Origin: an uncultured Candidatus Binatia bacterium
Lineage (GTDB): Bacteria > Desulfobacterota > Binatia > UBA9968 > JAJDTQ01
Length of the DNA stretch: 64,000 nucleotides
Direction of reading: 5' to 3'
NCBI GenBank assembly: GCA_965213675.1
Contig: OZ243916.1
Location: 576,001 to 640,000, forward strand
The translations under genes were made by a program, and so were the position numbers. Of this stretch, positions 29,047 through 38,761 are shown in pieces; positions within the stretch are counted from its first letter, which is position 1, and every line of letters begins with the position of its first letter. The notes beneath the pieces are model-generated. The model saw only the letters and a program-made list of their open reading frames with translations, had not been told where the DNA came from and ran no database searches.

Positions 29047-30174
29047 ATGGAAAGCATCGAAGACGCCGCCCGCGCCCTGGCCCTGGACCGCAAGTGGCTT
29101 CAGGAGTTCGACGTGGTCGATCCCTTGAACGACACGTCGCTGCGCGGCTTTCTCTCCCGGCGGCCGGATCATCGCTACGGGGCGCTGGCGCTCACCCACG
29201 TGAACGAGGCGCCGGCGCCGCAGATCGTGTTCGCCACGCCCAAGCTGCACTATCCCTTCGACCGGCAGGGCCGGTTCCATTTCCCGCCCCTTCGCGAGAT
29301 CGAGATCTTCGAGAAGTACGACGGCACCAACGTGCTCGCCTACGCCTACCACGCCGCGGGCGGGCGCCGGTTCCTGACCTACAAGCTGCGCCTGTCGCCG
29401 GTGCTGCGCAACGGCCGCTTCGGCGCGTTCCTGGACCTGTGGCGGGAGCTGCTGGGGCGCTACCCGGTCATTCCCGAGCTGGTGGACTTGAACGGCTGCG
29501 CCCTCGGGTTCGAACTTTACGGGCGCCGCAACGCCCATCTCATTCACTACGAGAATCCCCTGGACTGTGTGCTGCTCTACGGCGTCACCGGGGATGGAAA
29601 CCCGGTGTCGCCATCCGTGCTGGACGGCCGCGGGGTCCCGACGGCCACGCGTTACGGCGCCCTGGCCGCGGGCCGGGATCCGGTGGCGGAGTACGGCGCG
29701 ATTCGCGAGCGTATGGAACGGGACAACCGCCCGGCGGATGACGGCCGCATCGCGGGCGTGGAAGGCGCCGTGTGGTACGTGCACACCGGCGCCGGCGCCA
29801 CGGTGCTGTTCAAGTGCAAGCCCGAATCGGTGGAGCAGGTGCACTGGGTGGGCAGCATCCACAAGGCCGCGGTCACCGCCACCTGCTGGAACGTCTTCGA
29901 GAGCCAGGACGCGCTCACCTACGAGACCCTGTATCCGCTCCTGGCCGAAGAGTACGACGGCGACGAGATCGAACGCTTCAGGACCTGCATTGACGAATGC
30001 ATCGCCGCGGTGTGCGAGGAGATGGAGTTCAAGAACCGGGTGCTGGACGAATATCGCCGGGTGGGGGTCACCCTTGCCGAGGACAAGGGCGCGGTCATGC
30101 GCCGCCTTTCGGGCAAGTTCCGGAAGCAGGAGATGAAGAAGGTCTTTGCCCTCATCGCGCTCGATGAAGGGTAG
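29047..30174 (+). CDS. ATP-dependent polynucleotide ligase-like protein (T4 Rnl1/RnlA-type RNA ligase motifs), 375 aa
   Basis: C-terminal part of the 802-aa track ORF; TPKLHY, motif I EKYDGTN, III FELYGRRNAHLIHY, IV EGAV, V FKCK in canonical order; alternative GTG at 28987 overlaps the upstream stop. Confidence 0.72.
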   Translation: MESIEDAARALALDRKWLQEFDVVDPLNDTSLRGFLSRRPDHRYGALALTHVNEAPAPQIVFATPKLHYPFDRQGRFHFPPLREIEIFEKYDGTNVLAYAYHAAGGRRFLTYKLRLSPVLRNGRFGAFLDLWRELLGRYPVIPELVDLNGCALGFELYGRRNAHLIHYENPLDCVLLYGVTGDGNPVSPSVLDGRGVPTATRYGALAAGRDPVAEYGAIRERMERDNRPADDGRIAGVEGAVWYVHTGAGATVLFKCKPESVEQVHWVGSIHKAAVTATCWNVFESQDALTYETLYPLLAEEYDGDEIERFRTCIDECIAAVCEEMEFKNRVLDEYRRVGVTLAEDKGAVMRRLSGKFRKQEMKKVFALIALDEG

Positions 30175-30234
30175 CCCGCCCGGGGACACGGCGCGTCCTT
30201 GCAATCGCCCCATCGCCCCCTTACGTTGAACGCC

Positions 30235-31668
30235 ATGATCTTCGACGACAACCGCGGTTTTATCGATGCGTTGCGGCAGTCCGGCGACCTCGTGGAAGTG
30301 GCAAGGGAAGTGAGCTGGGACCTGGAACTCGGCGCCGTCAGCCGGCTGGCGTGCGAGAAGGACGGCCCCGCGGTGTGGTTCAAGCGTGTCACCGATTACG
30401 TGGAGGACGTGTCGGTGTTCGTCAATCCGGTGGCCACCTGGCGGCGCATCGCCATCGCCCTGGGGTTGCCGCCCACGGCCACGGTGCGGGAAATCTACGA
30501 AGCCTACGAGAAGGGGGAAGCCAACCCCGTCGAGCCGGTGGAAGTGACACGGGCGCCGTGCAAGCAGGTGATCCGACTGGGCGCCGCCGCCAACCTGTGG
30601 GACCTCCCCACGCCCATGCTCCACGAGGGCGACGGCGGCCGTTACCTGGGCACCTGGGACTTGGTCATCTCCAGGGACGCGGACAGTGGCTGGGTCAACT
30701 GGGGCATGTACCGGTTCATGGTCTACGACGCGCACCACCTCACCGGCTTCCCGCGCCCCACCAGCCACCTGGGCAAGGTATTCCTGGACCAGTACGCCGC
30801 CCGGGGGAAGCCCATGCCCCTGGCCATCGCCATCGGCGCCGACCCCTTGTCGCACTTCGCCGCGGCGGCCACCTACGCCCTGGGGGGCGACGAGGCGAGC
30901 CTGGCGGGCGGTTTGCGCGGGCGGCCCGTGGAGATGATCCGCTGCGAAACCAGCGACCTGCGGGTGCCGGCCCATTCCGAGATCGTCATCGAGGGTGAAG
31001 TGCTGCCCGATCGGGTGGGGCTGGAGGGACCCTACGGCGAGTACCCGGGCTACCGCACCGGCGAAATGGGCAACGGCATCCTGTTCCGCACCACCGCCAT
31101 CACCCACCGGGAGAAGCCCGTGCTCACGGTGGACGCCACCGGCTACAAGGACGACAGCTCCACGGTGACGGCGCTGTCCGGCGCGCTGGCCATCAAGCGC
31201 CGGCTGGAGCGCCACGGCGTGCCGGTGCGGGACGTGTACGTGCCGCCGGAGGGGGCCGTGCACCTGGCGGTGATGAGCGTGGAGTACGGCGGTCAAGAGG
31301 TGGCCCGCAAGGTGCTCCAGGTGCTGACTTCGCGCCGGGCGCTGCTCTCCAAGCTCTTCCTCGTGGACACCGATACCGACGTGTTCGACATGGGCAAGGT
31401 GCTGCACGCCTTCTCCACCAAGTGCCATCCGGCCAACGGCATCCACGTGATCCACTACGAGGGCCGGGCCAATACGCTCACGCCCTGTTACAGCCAGGCG
31501 GAGCGCGCCGCGCAGAAGGGCGCCACCGTGCTGTACGACTGCACCTGGCCGGGAGAGTGGTCGCGGGAGTGGGAGACGCCGGTGAAGGCGACGCTGGATT
31601 CGATCTTCTCGGAAGAGGTGCGGGAGAAGGTGCTGAAGAACTGGAGCGACTATGGCTTCAAGCAGTGA
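30235..31668 (+). CDS. UbiD-family (de)carboxylase, phenylphosphate carboxylase alpha/AbcA-like
   Basis: HEGDGGRYLGTW, VNWGMYR, EIVIEG, EGPYGEYPGY, HAFSTKCHPANGIH, DCTWP, KV-x-x-NWSDYGF C-terminus as recalled for PpcA. Confidence 0.88.
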   Translation: MIFDDNRGFIDALRQSGDLVEVAREVSWDLELGAVSRLACEKDGPAVWFKRVTDYVEDVSVFVNPVATWRRIAIALGLPPTATVREIYEAYEKGEANPVEPVEVTRAPCKQVIRLGAAANLWDLPTPMLHEGDGGRYLGTWDLVISRDADSGWVNWGMYRFMVYDAHHLTGFPRPTSHLGKVFLDQYAARGKPMPLAIAIGADPLSHFAAAATYALGGDEASLAGGLRGRPVEMIRCETSDLRVPAHSEIVIEGEVLPDRVGLEGPYGEYPGYRTGEMGNGILFRTTAITHREKPVLTVDATGYKDDSSTVTALSGALAIKRRLERHGVPVRDVYVPPEGAVHLAVMSVEYGGQEVARKVLQVLTSRRALLSKLFLVDTDTDVFDMGKVLHAFSTKCHPANGIHVIHYEGRANTLTPCYSQAERAAQKGATVLYDCTWPGEWSREWETPVKATLDSIFSEEVREKVLKNWSDYGFKQ

Positions 31669-31972
31669 GACGCCGGTCTGGGACACCTTCGTGCGCCGGC
31701 CGGGGGATGTGCGGTGCGGCGTGGAGACGCCGCTGGTGTTGCGGGACCTCAAGCCGGGCCGCGGCAAGTACGGCCTCCGGCACGTCGTCGGCGTGATTCA
31801 TGAGGATGGCGGTTCGGGCGAGCGCCTCGTCGTGCGCACCGTGGTGGGCGTGGCGCTGCCCGGTTCCTATTCCGTGGAAATCGTCCGGGACTTGCCGCAA
31901 GAGATCACGGGCACTCCGTACCGCGACTTCTATGCCGCGCTCCGGCAGGCCGCGGCAAAGAGCCAGGCGTGA
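31652..31972 (+). CDS. Phenylphosphate carboxylase gamma-subunit-like small protein
   Basis: W-x-x-FV-x-x-P...G-x-E-x-x-L-x-x-R-x-L-x-PG-x-x-KY pattern as recalled for the Ppc gamma family; overlaps the UbiD gene end. Confidence 0.65.
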   Translation: MASSSETPVWDTFVRRPGDVRCGVETPLVLRDLKPGRGKYGLRHVVGVIHEDGGSGERLVVRTVVGVALPGSYSVEIVRDLPQEITGTPYRDFYAALRQAAAKSQA

Positions 31973-32106
31973 TCCATGGAGTTGCGCGACGCACGGATGC
32001 GGCCTTGAGTCCAACCGTGGGTTTCCGTTCCTCGCGTGTCTGTGGCTGGCAGCGGCAACGGAGTCATGATCTTGGGCAGTTCCGGCCACACGCGAGGGGC
32101 GGTCAC

Positions 32107-34020
32107 ATGATGGCGACAGGGGCGTTCCTGTTGGGCGCGCGGTGTGGCGGCATACGGCCGTGGACCGCGTGGGCGCTCGCGGGGCTGATCATCGCGGCCT
32201 GCGGTTCCCATCCCCGGCTCGCCGCCGCCCTGCCGCTGCCCGCCAACGACAAGGGCGTCACCGGGCACTTTGACACCACCGTTTCCATGGGCGCGGCCAT
32301 GCGCGTTTCCCAACGCGAGGATCTTCTGTTCAGCCGCGCGAGCGGCGGCAAGGCTTACACCTTCAACTCGGACGACGGCAACCTCAACTTCGACCGCGGC
32401 GACCTCGTTTCCCTCAACGCCAAGATCAATCACGAGTTGCAGCTTCACCTGGAAAGACCGGGCGCGGAGTGGAGCCTGTTCGGGCGGGCGCTGTACTACT
32501 ACGACCACGTGGCCGCGGACGGCGACACCGAGCGCACGGCCTTGTCCGCCGCCGCCAAGAGTCACGCCGGACGCGACTTCCAACTGCTGGACGCCTATGT
32601 CGCGGGCGACTTCGACGCCGTCCCGCTCTCCATTCGATTGGGCAACCAGGTCCTGAACTGGGGCGAAAGCGTCTTTCTCCGCGGCGGCATCAACTCCATC
32701 AACCCGGCCGACATCGCCAGGCTCCGGGTGGCCGGCTCGGAGTTGCGGGACGTGCTCGTTCCGGTGCCCGCGGCCAACGTCAAGCTGGGCATTGGCGACA
32801 GCTTCTCCCTGGAAGGCTTCTATCAGCTCCGTTGGGACCACTCGGAGATCGAAGCCCAGGGCACGTTTTTCTCCACCACGGACGTCGCCGGTCCCGGAGC
32901 GAATACCATTCACCTGGGACTCGGCCGTGCGGGAAGAGGGGACGATGTCGCCAACACGCCCGACCCCGCCTGCCCCAGCCGAACCAATCCGGCGGGACTG
33001 TGCTCCCGCGTGCCGCGCGCGGCCGACCGCGAGGCCGGCCATCAGGGACAGTTCGGCGTGGCCCTGCGCTACTTCGCGGAGGCGCTGAACGATACGGAGA
33101 TCGGACTCTACTACGCGCGCATCCACAGCCGCCTGCCGCTGGTGTCTCTTTATGCGGGCGATCCAACCATGCGGACGGCGCCGGGGGGCTTTGTCGGCTC
33201 CATACGCTATTTCGTGGAGTATCCGGAAGACATCGACCTCATGGGCGCGAGCTTCAACGGAGAAGTGGGCGCCAGCGGCTTCGCCATACAGGGCGAGGTG
33301 GCCTGGCGCCGGAACCAGCCGCTTCAGGTGGACAATGCGGAACTGATTTACTCCGCCATGAGCCCGTTGCGGCGCCTCGCCGCCCAGGCGGCCAGGGCGC
33401 AAGGCCCGGCGCGACAACTGCTGGCGGGTCTTGCGCGCGCCGGGCAGTTGTTCAGCGGTAGCCAGACCGGCGCCGCGGAATCGGGCCATGAGGTTTCGGG
33501 CTTCCGCCGCAAGGACGTGGTGCAGGGATCGCTTGCGGTGTCCAAGGTCTGGGGCTCCCTGTTGGGCGCGAGCGAGTGGAGGGCGCTGGCCGAGGCGGGC
33601 TTCACGCACATCCGGGACATGGAGGACCCATCGGAGCTCCGTTACGATGGGCCGGGCACGTGGACCAGCGGCAATCCGGTCTTCACCGCCGCCGGCGTGC
33701 AACCGCAGACCCAGGTGAAGGGCTTTGCCGACGCGTTTTCGTGGGGCTACCGGGCGGTGGTTCGGGGTCTTTACCACAACGCCATTGGACCCGTGAACCT
33801 GGCGCCGCAGGTGGCCGTGGCCCACGATGTCGACGGCACCACGCCAGCGCCCATTGGCAACTTCGTGGAAGGACGCAAGACCGTGACATTGTCGGCGGAG
33901 GCCAGCTATCTCTTGTCGTGGCGCGCGCAACTCGCGTACACGCATTTCTTCGGGGCCGGACAACACAATCTGCTGGCTGACCGCGACTTCGTGTCATTGA
34001 CGGTGAGCTACTCGTTTTGA
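32107..34020 (+). CDS. DUF1302 family outer-membrane protein
   Basis: NSDDGNLNFD, LLDAYV, RLGNQVLNWGES, EYPEDI, ADRDFVSLTVSYSF with C-terminal Phe. Confidence 0.88.
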   Translation: MMATGAFLLGARCGGIRPWTAWALAGLIIAACGSHPRLAAALPLPANDKGVTGHFDTTVSMGAAMRVSQREDLLFSRASGGKAYTFNSDDGNLNFDRGDLVSLNAKINHELQLHLERPGAEWSLFGRALYYYDHVAADGDTERTALSAAAKSHAGRDFQLLDAYVAGDFDAVPLSIRLGNQVLNWGESVFLRGGINSINPADIARLRVAGSELRDVLVPVPAANVKLGIGDSFSLEGFYQLRWDHSEIEAQGTFFSTTDVAGPGANTIHLGLGRAGRGDDVANTPDPACPSRTNPAGLCSRVPRAADREAGHQGQFGVALRYFAEALNDTEIGLYYARIHSRLPLVSLYAGDPTMRTAPGGFVGSIRYFVEYPEDIDLMGASFNGEVGASGFAIQGEVAWRRNQPLQVDNAELIYSAMSPLRRLAAQAARAQGPARQLLAGLARAGQLFSGSQTGAAESGHEVSGFRRKDVVQGSLAVSKVWGSLLGASEWRALAEAGFTHIRDMEDPSELRYDGPGTWTSGNPVFTAAGVQPQTQVKGFADAFSWGYRAVVRGLYHNAIGPVNLAPQVAVAHDVDGTTPAPIGNFVEGRKTVTLSAEASYLLSWRAQLAYTHFFGAGQHNLLADRDFVSLTVSYSF

Positions 34021-34045
34021 CCGGCCTGGACGCGGAAGACTTGAC

Positions 34046-35407
34046 ATGAACGCGCAACGGATCATGGCAGCGGCAGTGTGCGTATGGGGCCTCTCGGCGG
34101 CGCCGTTGGAGGCGAAGGTCACGGGCGAGGAAGCCGCCCGGCTGGGAGCGGCGCTCACGCCCTTGGGGGCCGAAAAGGCGGGCAACGACACCGGCGCCAT
34201 TCCCGCATGGGAGGGCGGCATCACCGAACCGCCGCCCGGCTACCAGCCGGGAATGCGTCTCGTCGATCCCTTCCCCGATGACAAGCCGCTTTTCACCATC
34301 ACCGCGGACAATTTCAAAGAGTACGAGGCGAATCTCACGCCCGGTCAGATCGCGGTGATACAACGTTATCCCGACACCTACCGGATGCCGGTGTACCAGA
34401 CGCGGCGAACCGCGTCGCTCCCGCCGCGCATCTACGAGCGGACCATCGCCAACGCCATGACGGCCACGCTCACCGCCGGCGGCAACGGCGTGACGAACGC
34501 CGCCGAGGGGATCCCGTTTCCGATTCCACGGAACGGGCTCGAGGCCATCTGGAACCACATGCTGCGTTACCGCGGCAAGTCCGTGCGCTTCACCAGAGGG
34601 CAGGCCGCGCCCACGGCCGACGGCGCCTACGTGATGGTGCAGATGCGCGAGCAGGTTTTGTGGGGTTATCAGCAGCCTGGGGCGACCACGGAGAACATCG
34701 ACAACAAGCTCGCCTACTTCCTGCAGGAGGTGCTGTCCCCGGCGCGGTTGGCGGGCGCACTGATTCTGGTCCACGAGACCCTGAATCAGGCGGCGGAGCC
34801 GCGCAAGGCATGGGTCTACAATCCCGGCCAGCGGCGTGTGCGGCGCGCGGCCAACATCGGCTATGACAATCCCGGAACCGGCTCCGACGGCCAGCGCACC
34901 AACGATCAGGCCGACATGTACAACGGCGCGCCGGACCGCTACGACTGGACTCTGGTGGGCAAACGGGAGATCTACATTCCGTACAACAGCTACAGGCTCG
35001 CCAGCGACCGTCACGGCTTCGACGAGATCCTCAAGCCGGGCCACATGAACCCGGACCTGACCCGATACGAACTCCACCGGGTTTGGGTCGTGGAGGCGCG
35101 GTTGAAGCCGGGCGCCCGGCACATTTTCCCCCGGCGCACGTTCTATCTCGACGAGGACAGTTGGCAAGCGGCGGTGGTGGATCAGTACGATGACCGCGGT
35201 CAAATGTGGCGGGTGAGCCAAGCCTACATCGTCAACCACTACCAGGTGCCTCTGGTGTGGAGCACCGGCATGTCGATTTACGACCTCCAGAACGGGCGCT
35301 ATCTCGTTCGGGGACTGACCAACGAGTTCGAACCGGCGGAGTTCGACGTGGAGATGAGCCCAAGCCAGTTCACCCCCCGGGCATTGCGGCGCCGCGGCCG
35401 GCGTTGA
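34046..35407 (+). CDS. DUF1329 family periplasmic protein
   Basis: Signal peptide; LTPLGAEKAGN, GIPFPIP, AWVYNPGQRRVRRA, RYELHRVWVVEA, FYLDEDSW. Confidence 0.9.
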   Translation: MNAQRIMAAAVCVWGLSAAPLEAKVTGEEAARLGAALTPLGAEKAGNDTGAIPAWEGGITEPPPGYQPGMRLVDPFPDDKPLFTITADNFKEYEANLTPGQIAVIQRYPDTYRMPVYQTRRTASLPPRIYERTIANAMTATLTAGGNGVTNAAEGIPFPIPRNGLEAIWNHMLRYRGKSVRFTRGQAAPTADGAYVMVQMREQVLWGYQQPGATTENIDNKLAYFLQEVLSPARLAGALILVHETLNQAAEPRKAWVYNPGQRRVRRAANIGYDNPGTGSDGQRTNDQADMYNGAPDRYDWTLVGKREIYIPYNSYRLASDRHGFDEILKPGHMNPDLTRYELHRVWVVEARLKPGARHIFPRRTFYLDEDSWQAAVVDQYDDRGQMWRVSQAYIVNHYQVPLVWSTGMSIYDLQNGRYLVRGLTNEFEPAEFDVEMSPSQFTPRALRRRGRR

Positions 35408-35626
35408 CGAAACCGCGGGTTTCGCGCACCCATTCAACGGCAACCCGGGATTCTGTGCGGTGGATCGAATCGTGGCGAGAGGCGGAGAAGGGTCGGTTTC
35501 GGGCGGCTTCAGGAAGAAACCGGGTCGTCTTGGAATTATTTGAGGGAAATCCAGCGGGAAGCCGATTTCCCTGCCTCGCGGTAGATTCTGGATGAACCCG
35601 ACAGGCTCCTGGGCAGGAGGTTCACG

Positions 35627-36706
35627 ATGGCGGACGACGACGTACGGGTCCTGACCAACGACGACATGGAGGGTCTCCTCGACATGGAGGAGATCGTGGA
35701 CGCGGTGGAAACGGCTTACGTGGAACTGGGCCGGAAGATCGCGGAAGGGATGCCCCGGCGCCGGCTGCACATGCCGCTGGAGGGGCAGGAGCGCACCTGG
35801 TACTGGCTGAACGTGATTCCCGGCGCGGTGCCGGCGTTCGATACCGCCGCGGTGCGGCTGGATTCCTCGCAGATCCGCTTCCGCAACGTCGGCGGCGGCA
35901 GCCGCATGGAGTTCCCGGGCGACTTCTCGGGCTTCGTGCTGCTCTTCAGCATCAAGGAACGCGCCCTCAAGGGGATTGTCCACGACCACTATCTGTCGGC
36001 GCTGCGCGTGGGCGCCACCAGCGGGGTGGCGGCAAAGTACCTGGCGCGGCCCGACGCGTCCGTCCTGGGCATTTTCGGCAGCGGCACCCAGGCCCACGGC
36101 CAGGTGGACGCCCTGTGCGCGGTGCGGGACATCCGCGAGGTCAAGGTGTTCTCGCTGCGGGAGGAAAACCGCAAGCGCTTCGCCCGGGAAGTGTCCGAGC
36201 GCTATGGCGTGAAGGCGCGGGCGGTGCGGCATCCGGAGGATGTGGTGCACGACTCGGACATTGTCGTCACCGCCACCAACTCCGGCGATCCCGTGTTCGA
36301 GGGCGACCTGCTGGAGCCGGGCACCCATCTCGTGTCCATGATCGGCCCGGACTGGTTCGACAAGCGGCGGGAACTGGACGACGCCGCCATCGAGAACTGC
36401 GATCTCATCGTGGTGAACTCCAAGGAACAGGTGGAGATCGACGAACAGCCGGAGTTGATGTCGCCGATACGCAAGGGCATCATCGGCTGGGAGCAGATCC
36501 ACGAGTTGGGGGACTTGGTCATCGGAAGCATCGCCGGCCGCACCACCGCCTCGGAGATCACGCATCACAACAACAACTGCGGCATGGGCGTCCAGTTCGC
36601 CGCCATTGGCCACTTGGTGCTGGAGCAAGCCAGGAAGCGCGACCTCGGCACCCGGCTGCCGGCGGATTTGTTCATGACCCGGCGCAGTGACGTGTCCTCT
36701 CCCTGA
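35627..36706 (+). CDS. Ornithine cyclodeaminase/mu-crystallin family protein (paralog 4)
   Basis: AAVRLDS, LRVGATS, FGSGTQA, SDIVVTATN, GMGVQFAA. Confidence 0.88.
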   Translation: MADDDVRVLTNDDMEGLLDMEEIVDAVETAYVELGRKIAEGMPRRRLHMPLEGQERTWYWLNVIPGAVPAFDTAAVRLDSSQIRFRNVGGGSRMEFPGDFSGFVLLFSIKERALKGIVHDHYLSALRVGATSGVAAKYLARPDASVLGIFGSGTQAHGQVDALCAVRDIREVKVFSLREENRKRFAREVSERYGVKARAVRHPEDVVHDSDIVVTATNSGDPVFEGDLLEPGTHLVSMIGPDWFDKRRELDDAAIENCDLIVVNSKEQVEIDEQPELMSPIRKGIIGWEQIHELGDLVIGSIAGRTTASEITHHNNNCGMGVQFAAIGHLVLEQARKRDLGTRLPADLFMTRRSDVSSP

Positions 36707-36798
36707 ACGCGGCGGTGATTCGACCGGCTCGAAATAGGATCCGACGCCAGGTCCGTTCGGGACGGCGCTGGCAACGAAACCTTCCCGGAGAACTTCCC

Positions 36799-37431
36799 AT
36801 GGCAACAACTCTCAGCATCGACCCGCAACACCTCAAGGGACGGCATGTCGACCGCGCCGTGGAGGCGCTCAAGCGCGACGGCGTGATCGTGTATCCGACG
36901 GACACCATTTATGGTCTGGGCTGTGACGTCACCAGCAAGGCCGCGGTGGAGCGCATCCGCCGCATCAAGGGCCGCGACGCCGACAAGCCCATGTCTTTCG
37001 TGTGCTCCGACCTCATGCAGGTGAGCCGCTACGGCCACGTGTCCAACTTCGTCCATCGCATCCTGAAGCGCTTTCTCCCCGGGCCGTACACCTTCGTGCT
37101 GACCGCCACCAAGGAAACGCCCAGGGTGCTCCAGTCCAAGCAGAAGACCGTGGGCATCCGCATTCCCGACCACCCCGTGCCGCTGGCGCTGGTGGAGCGG
37201 CTGGGCAACCCCGTGGTCAGCACCAGCGCCAACGAGAGCAACGAGGAGGTGGTGACCAACCCCGCCGACCTCGAGAACATCTTCGGGCGCCGCGTGGATC
37301 TCATCATGGAGTGCGGCACGCTTCCGGTGCTGGCCTCCAGCGTCATCTCGCTGGTGGATGACCGCATCGCCATCCTGCGCGAAGGGCAAGGGGATCTCAC
37401 ATACTTCAAGAGCGAGATGGCCGCCGGGTGA
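36799..37431 (+). CDS. Sua5/YciO/YrdC family (L-threonylcarbamoyladenylate synthase-like)
   Basis: YPTDTIYGLGC, IKGR, PGPYTFVL, VGIRIPD, STSAN. Confidence 0.88.
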   Translation: MATTLSIDPQHLKGRHVDRAVEALKRDGVIVYPTDTIYGLGCDVTSKAAVERIRRIKGRDADKPMSFVCSDLMQVSRYGHVSNFVHRILKRFLPGPYTFVLTATKETPRVLQSKQKTVGIRIPDHPVPLALVERLGNPVVSTSANESNEEVVTNPADLENIFGRRVDLIMECGTLPVLASSVISLVDDRIAILREGQGDLTYFKSEMAAG

Positions 37432-37523
37432 AGCCTGCGTGTGGGCCCGGGCGCGTCATGCCGGGCCAGGGACTTCGCGGCCCGGCGGAGTTGGCCGTCG
37501 GGGCGTGGCCCGTTGTCGCGCAG

Positions 37524-37548
37524 GCAATCCGCGAAAGCGGAAATCCAG
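37524..37548. repeat. Degenerate REP-like half element
   Basis: TCCGCGAAAGCGGAAATCCAG resembles the arm of the 19589-19716 REP. Confidence 0.4.
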
Positions 37549-37743
37549 CGGGGCGGGGCGGCTAGTGAGGACGGGGAATCGGATTCTTCACCGGACCTGA
37601 CACGTTCTTCCGTTTCATTGACACGCAAAAGGGGCCTGTGATAGGCATGCGCCCCTGTATCCCGCGCTTCCGGCGCCAGCTTGGAACAGGCCAGCGGGCG
37701 GCGGCAGCAGACTGAGGCAATGCAATCGCCAAGGAGGTTTCTC

Positions 37744-38730
37744 ATGTTGCGTAGACTCGTCGGATGGGTCCTGCTGTGCGCGGTCTTGTGGCTGGCCGCA
37801 CCCGCAGGTGTGGCGTTGGCCGCGGACAAGTACCCGAGCAGGACCATTACCTGGCTGATCCCCTACGGTCCCGCCGGAGGATTCGATCTTCACAGCCGAG
37901 CCATGATCATCGGCATGAAGAAGTCCCTCGGGGTCAACGTCATCATCCGCAACCGGCCGGGGGCGGGCGGCACCATCGCGTGGAACCTCACCTGGGCGGC
38001 CAAGCCCGACGGTTACACCATCTCCACCGTGAACATCCCGGGAGCCATCGTGGCCGAGTTGTTCAACGATCCGAAGCCCAAGTACCGGCTGAAGGATTTC
38101 TCCTGGATCGGACAGATCTCCTCGGGTCCGTATGTGTGGGCGGTGGGCGCCGACACTCCGTTCAAGACGCTGCAGGACATGCAGAATGCCGACAAGGTTC
38201 TGCTCACGGGTACGGGGGTAGGCGGCACGGCTTGGGTCACGGCGGCCCTGACGGCGTCGGTCTTGAAGTTCAAGCATCAGTTCATCCTGGGTTATCCCAG
38301 TGCGCCGGCCGCCAACATGGGCATCGTGCGCGGCGAGGGGCATGCGCGGGGCGTGGGCCTGGATTCACCGGGACAGATGCAGTTCGTTCGCGACGGCCAC
38401 CTGCGGCCCATGTGGGTCTATCTGGATGAGCGTTCTCCGGAGTTCCCCGACGTTCCCACCATCGGAGAGTTGGGCCATCCGGAGTTGACGGTGCTGGCTT
38501 CCCACCGGGTGGTGACGGCTCCGCCGGGCGTGCCCAAGGAGCGGATGGCCATCCTTCAGAAGGCGTTCGACGCGGCGGCCAAGGACCCCGACGTGCTGGA
38601 GCGGTTTGCCAAGATGAAGGCCAAAATCGAGCCCGTGGTGGGTCAGGAGTGGACGGACATGCTCAATGGCTTCTACGGTCTCATCGAGGACAACGGCGAG
38701 GTCTTCAAGAAGTCGCTGTCCGGGAAATAG
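37744..38730 (+). CDS. Tripartite tricarboxylate transporter substrate-binding protein (Bug/TctC)
   Basis: Signal peptide; YPSRTI...PYGPAGGFD, NRPGAGG, KPDGYT, PDVPTIGELG. Confidence 0.9.
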   Translation: MLRRLVGWVLLCAVLWLAAPAGVALAADKYPSRTITWLIPYGPAGGFDLHSRAMIIGMKKSLGVNVIIRNRPGAGGTIAWNLTWAAKPDGYTISTVNIPGAIVAELFNDPKPKYRLKDFSWIGQISSGPYVWAVGADTPFKTLQDMQNADKVLLTGTGVGGTAWVTAALTASVLKFKHQFILGYPSAPAANMGIVRGEGHARGVGLDSPGQMQFVRDGHLRPMWVYLDERSPEFPDVPTIGELGHPELTVLASHRVVTAPPGVPKERMAILQKAFDAAAKDPDVLERFAKMKAKIEPVVGQEWTDMLNGFYGLIEDNGEVFKKSLSGK

Positions 38731-38761
38731 TGGCGGTGCAAGATCGGAAAGGGGAGCCTGT

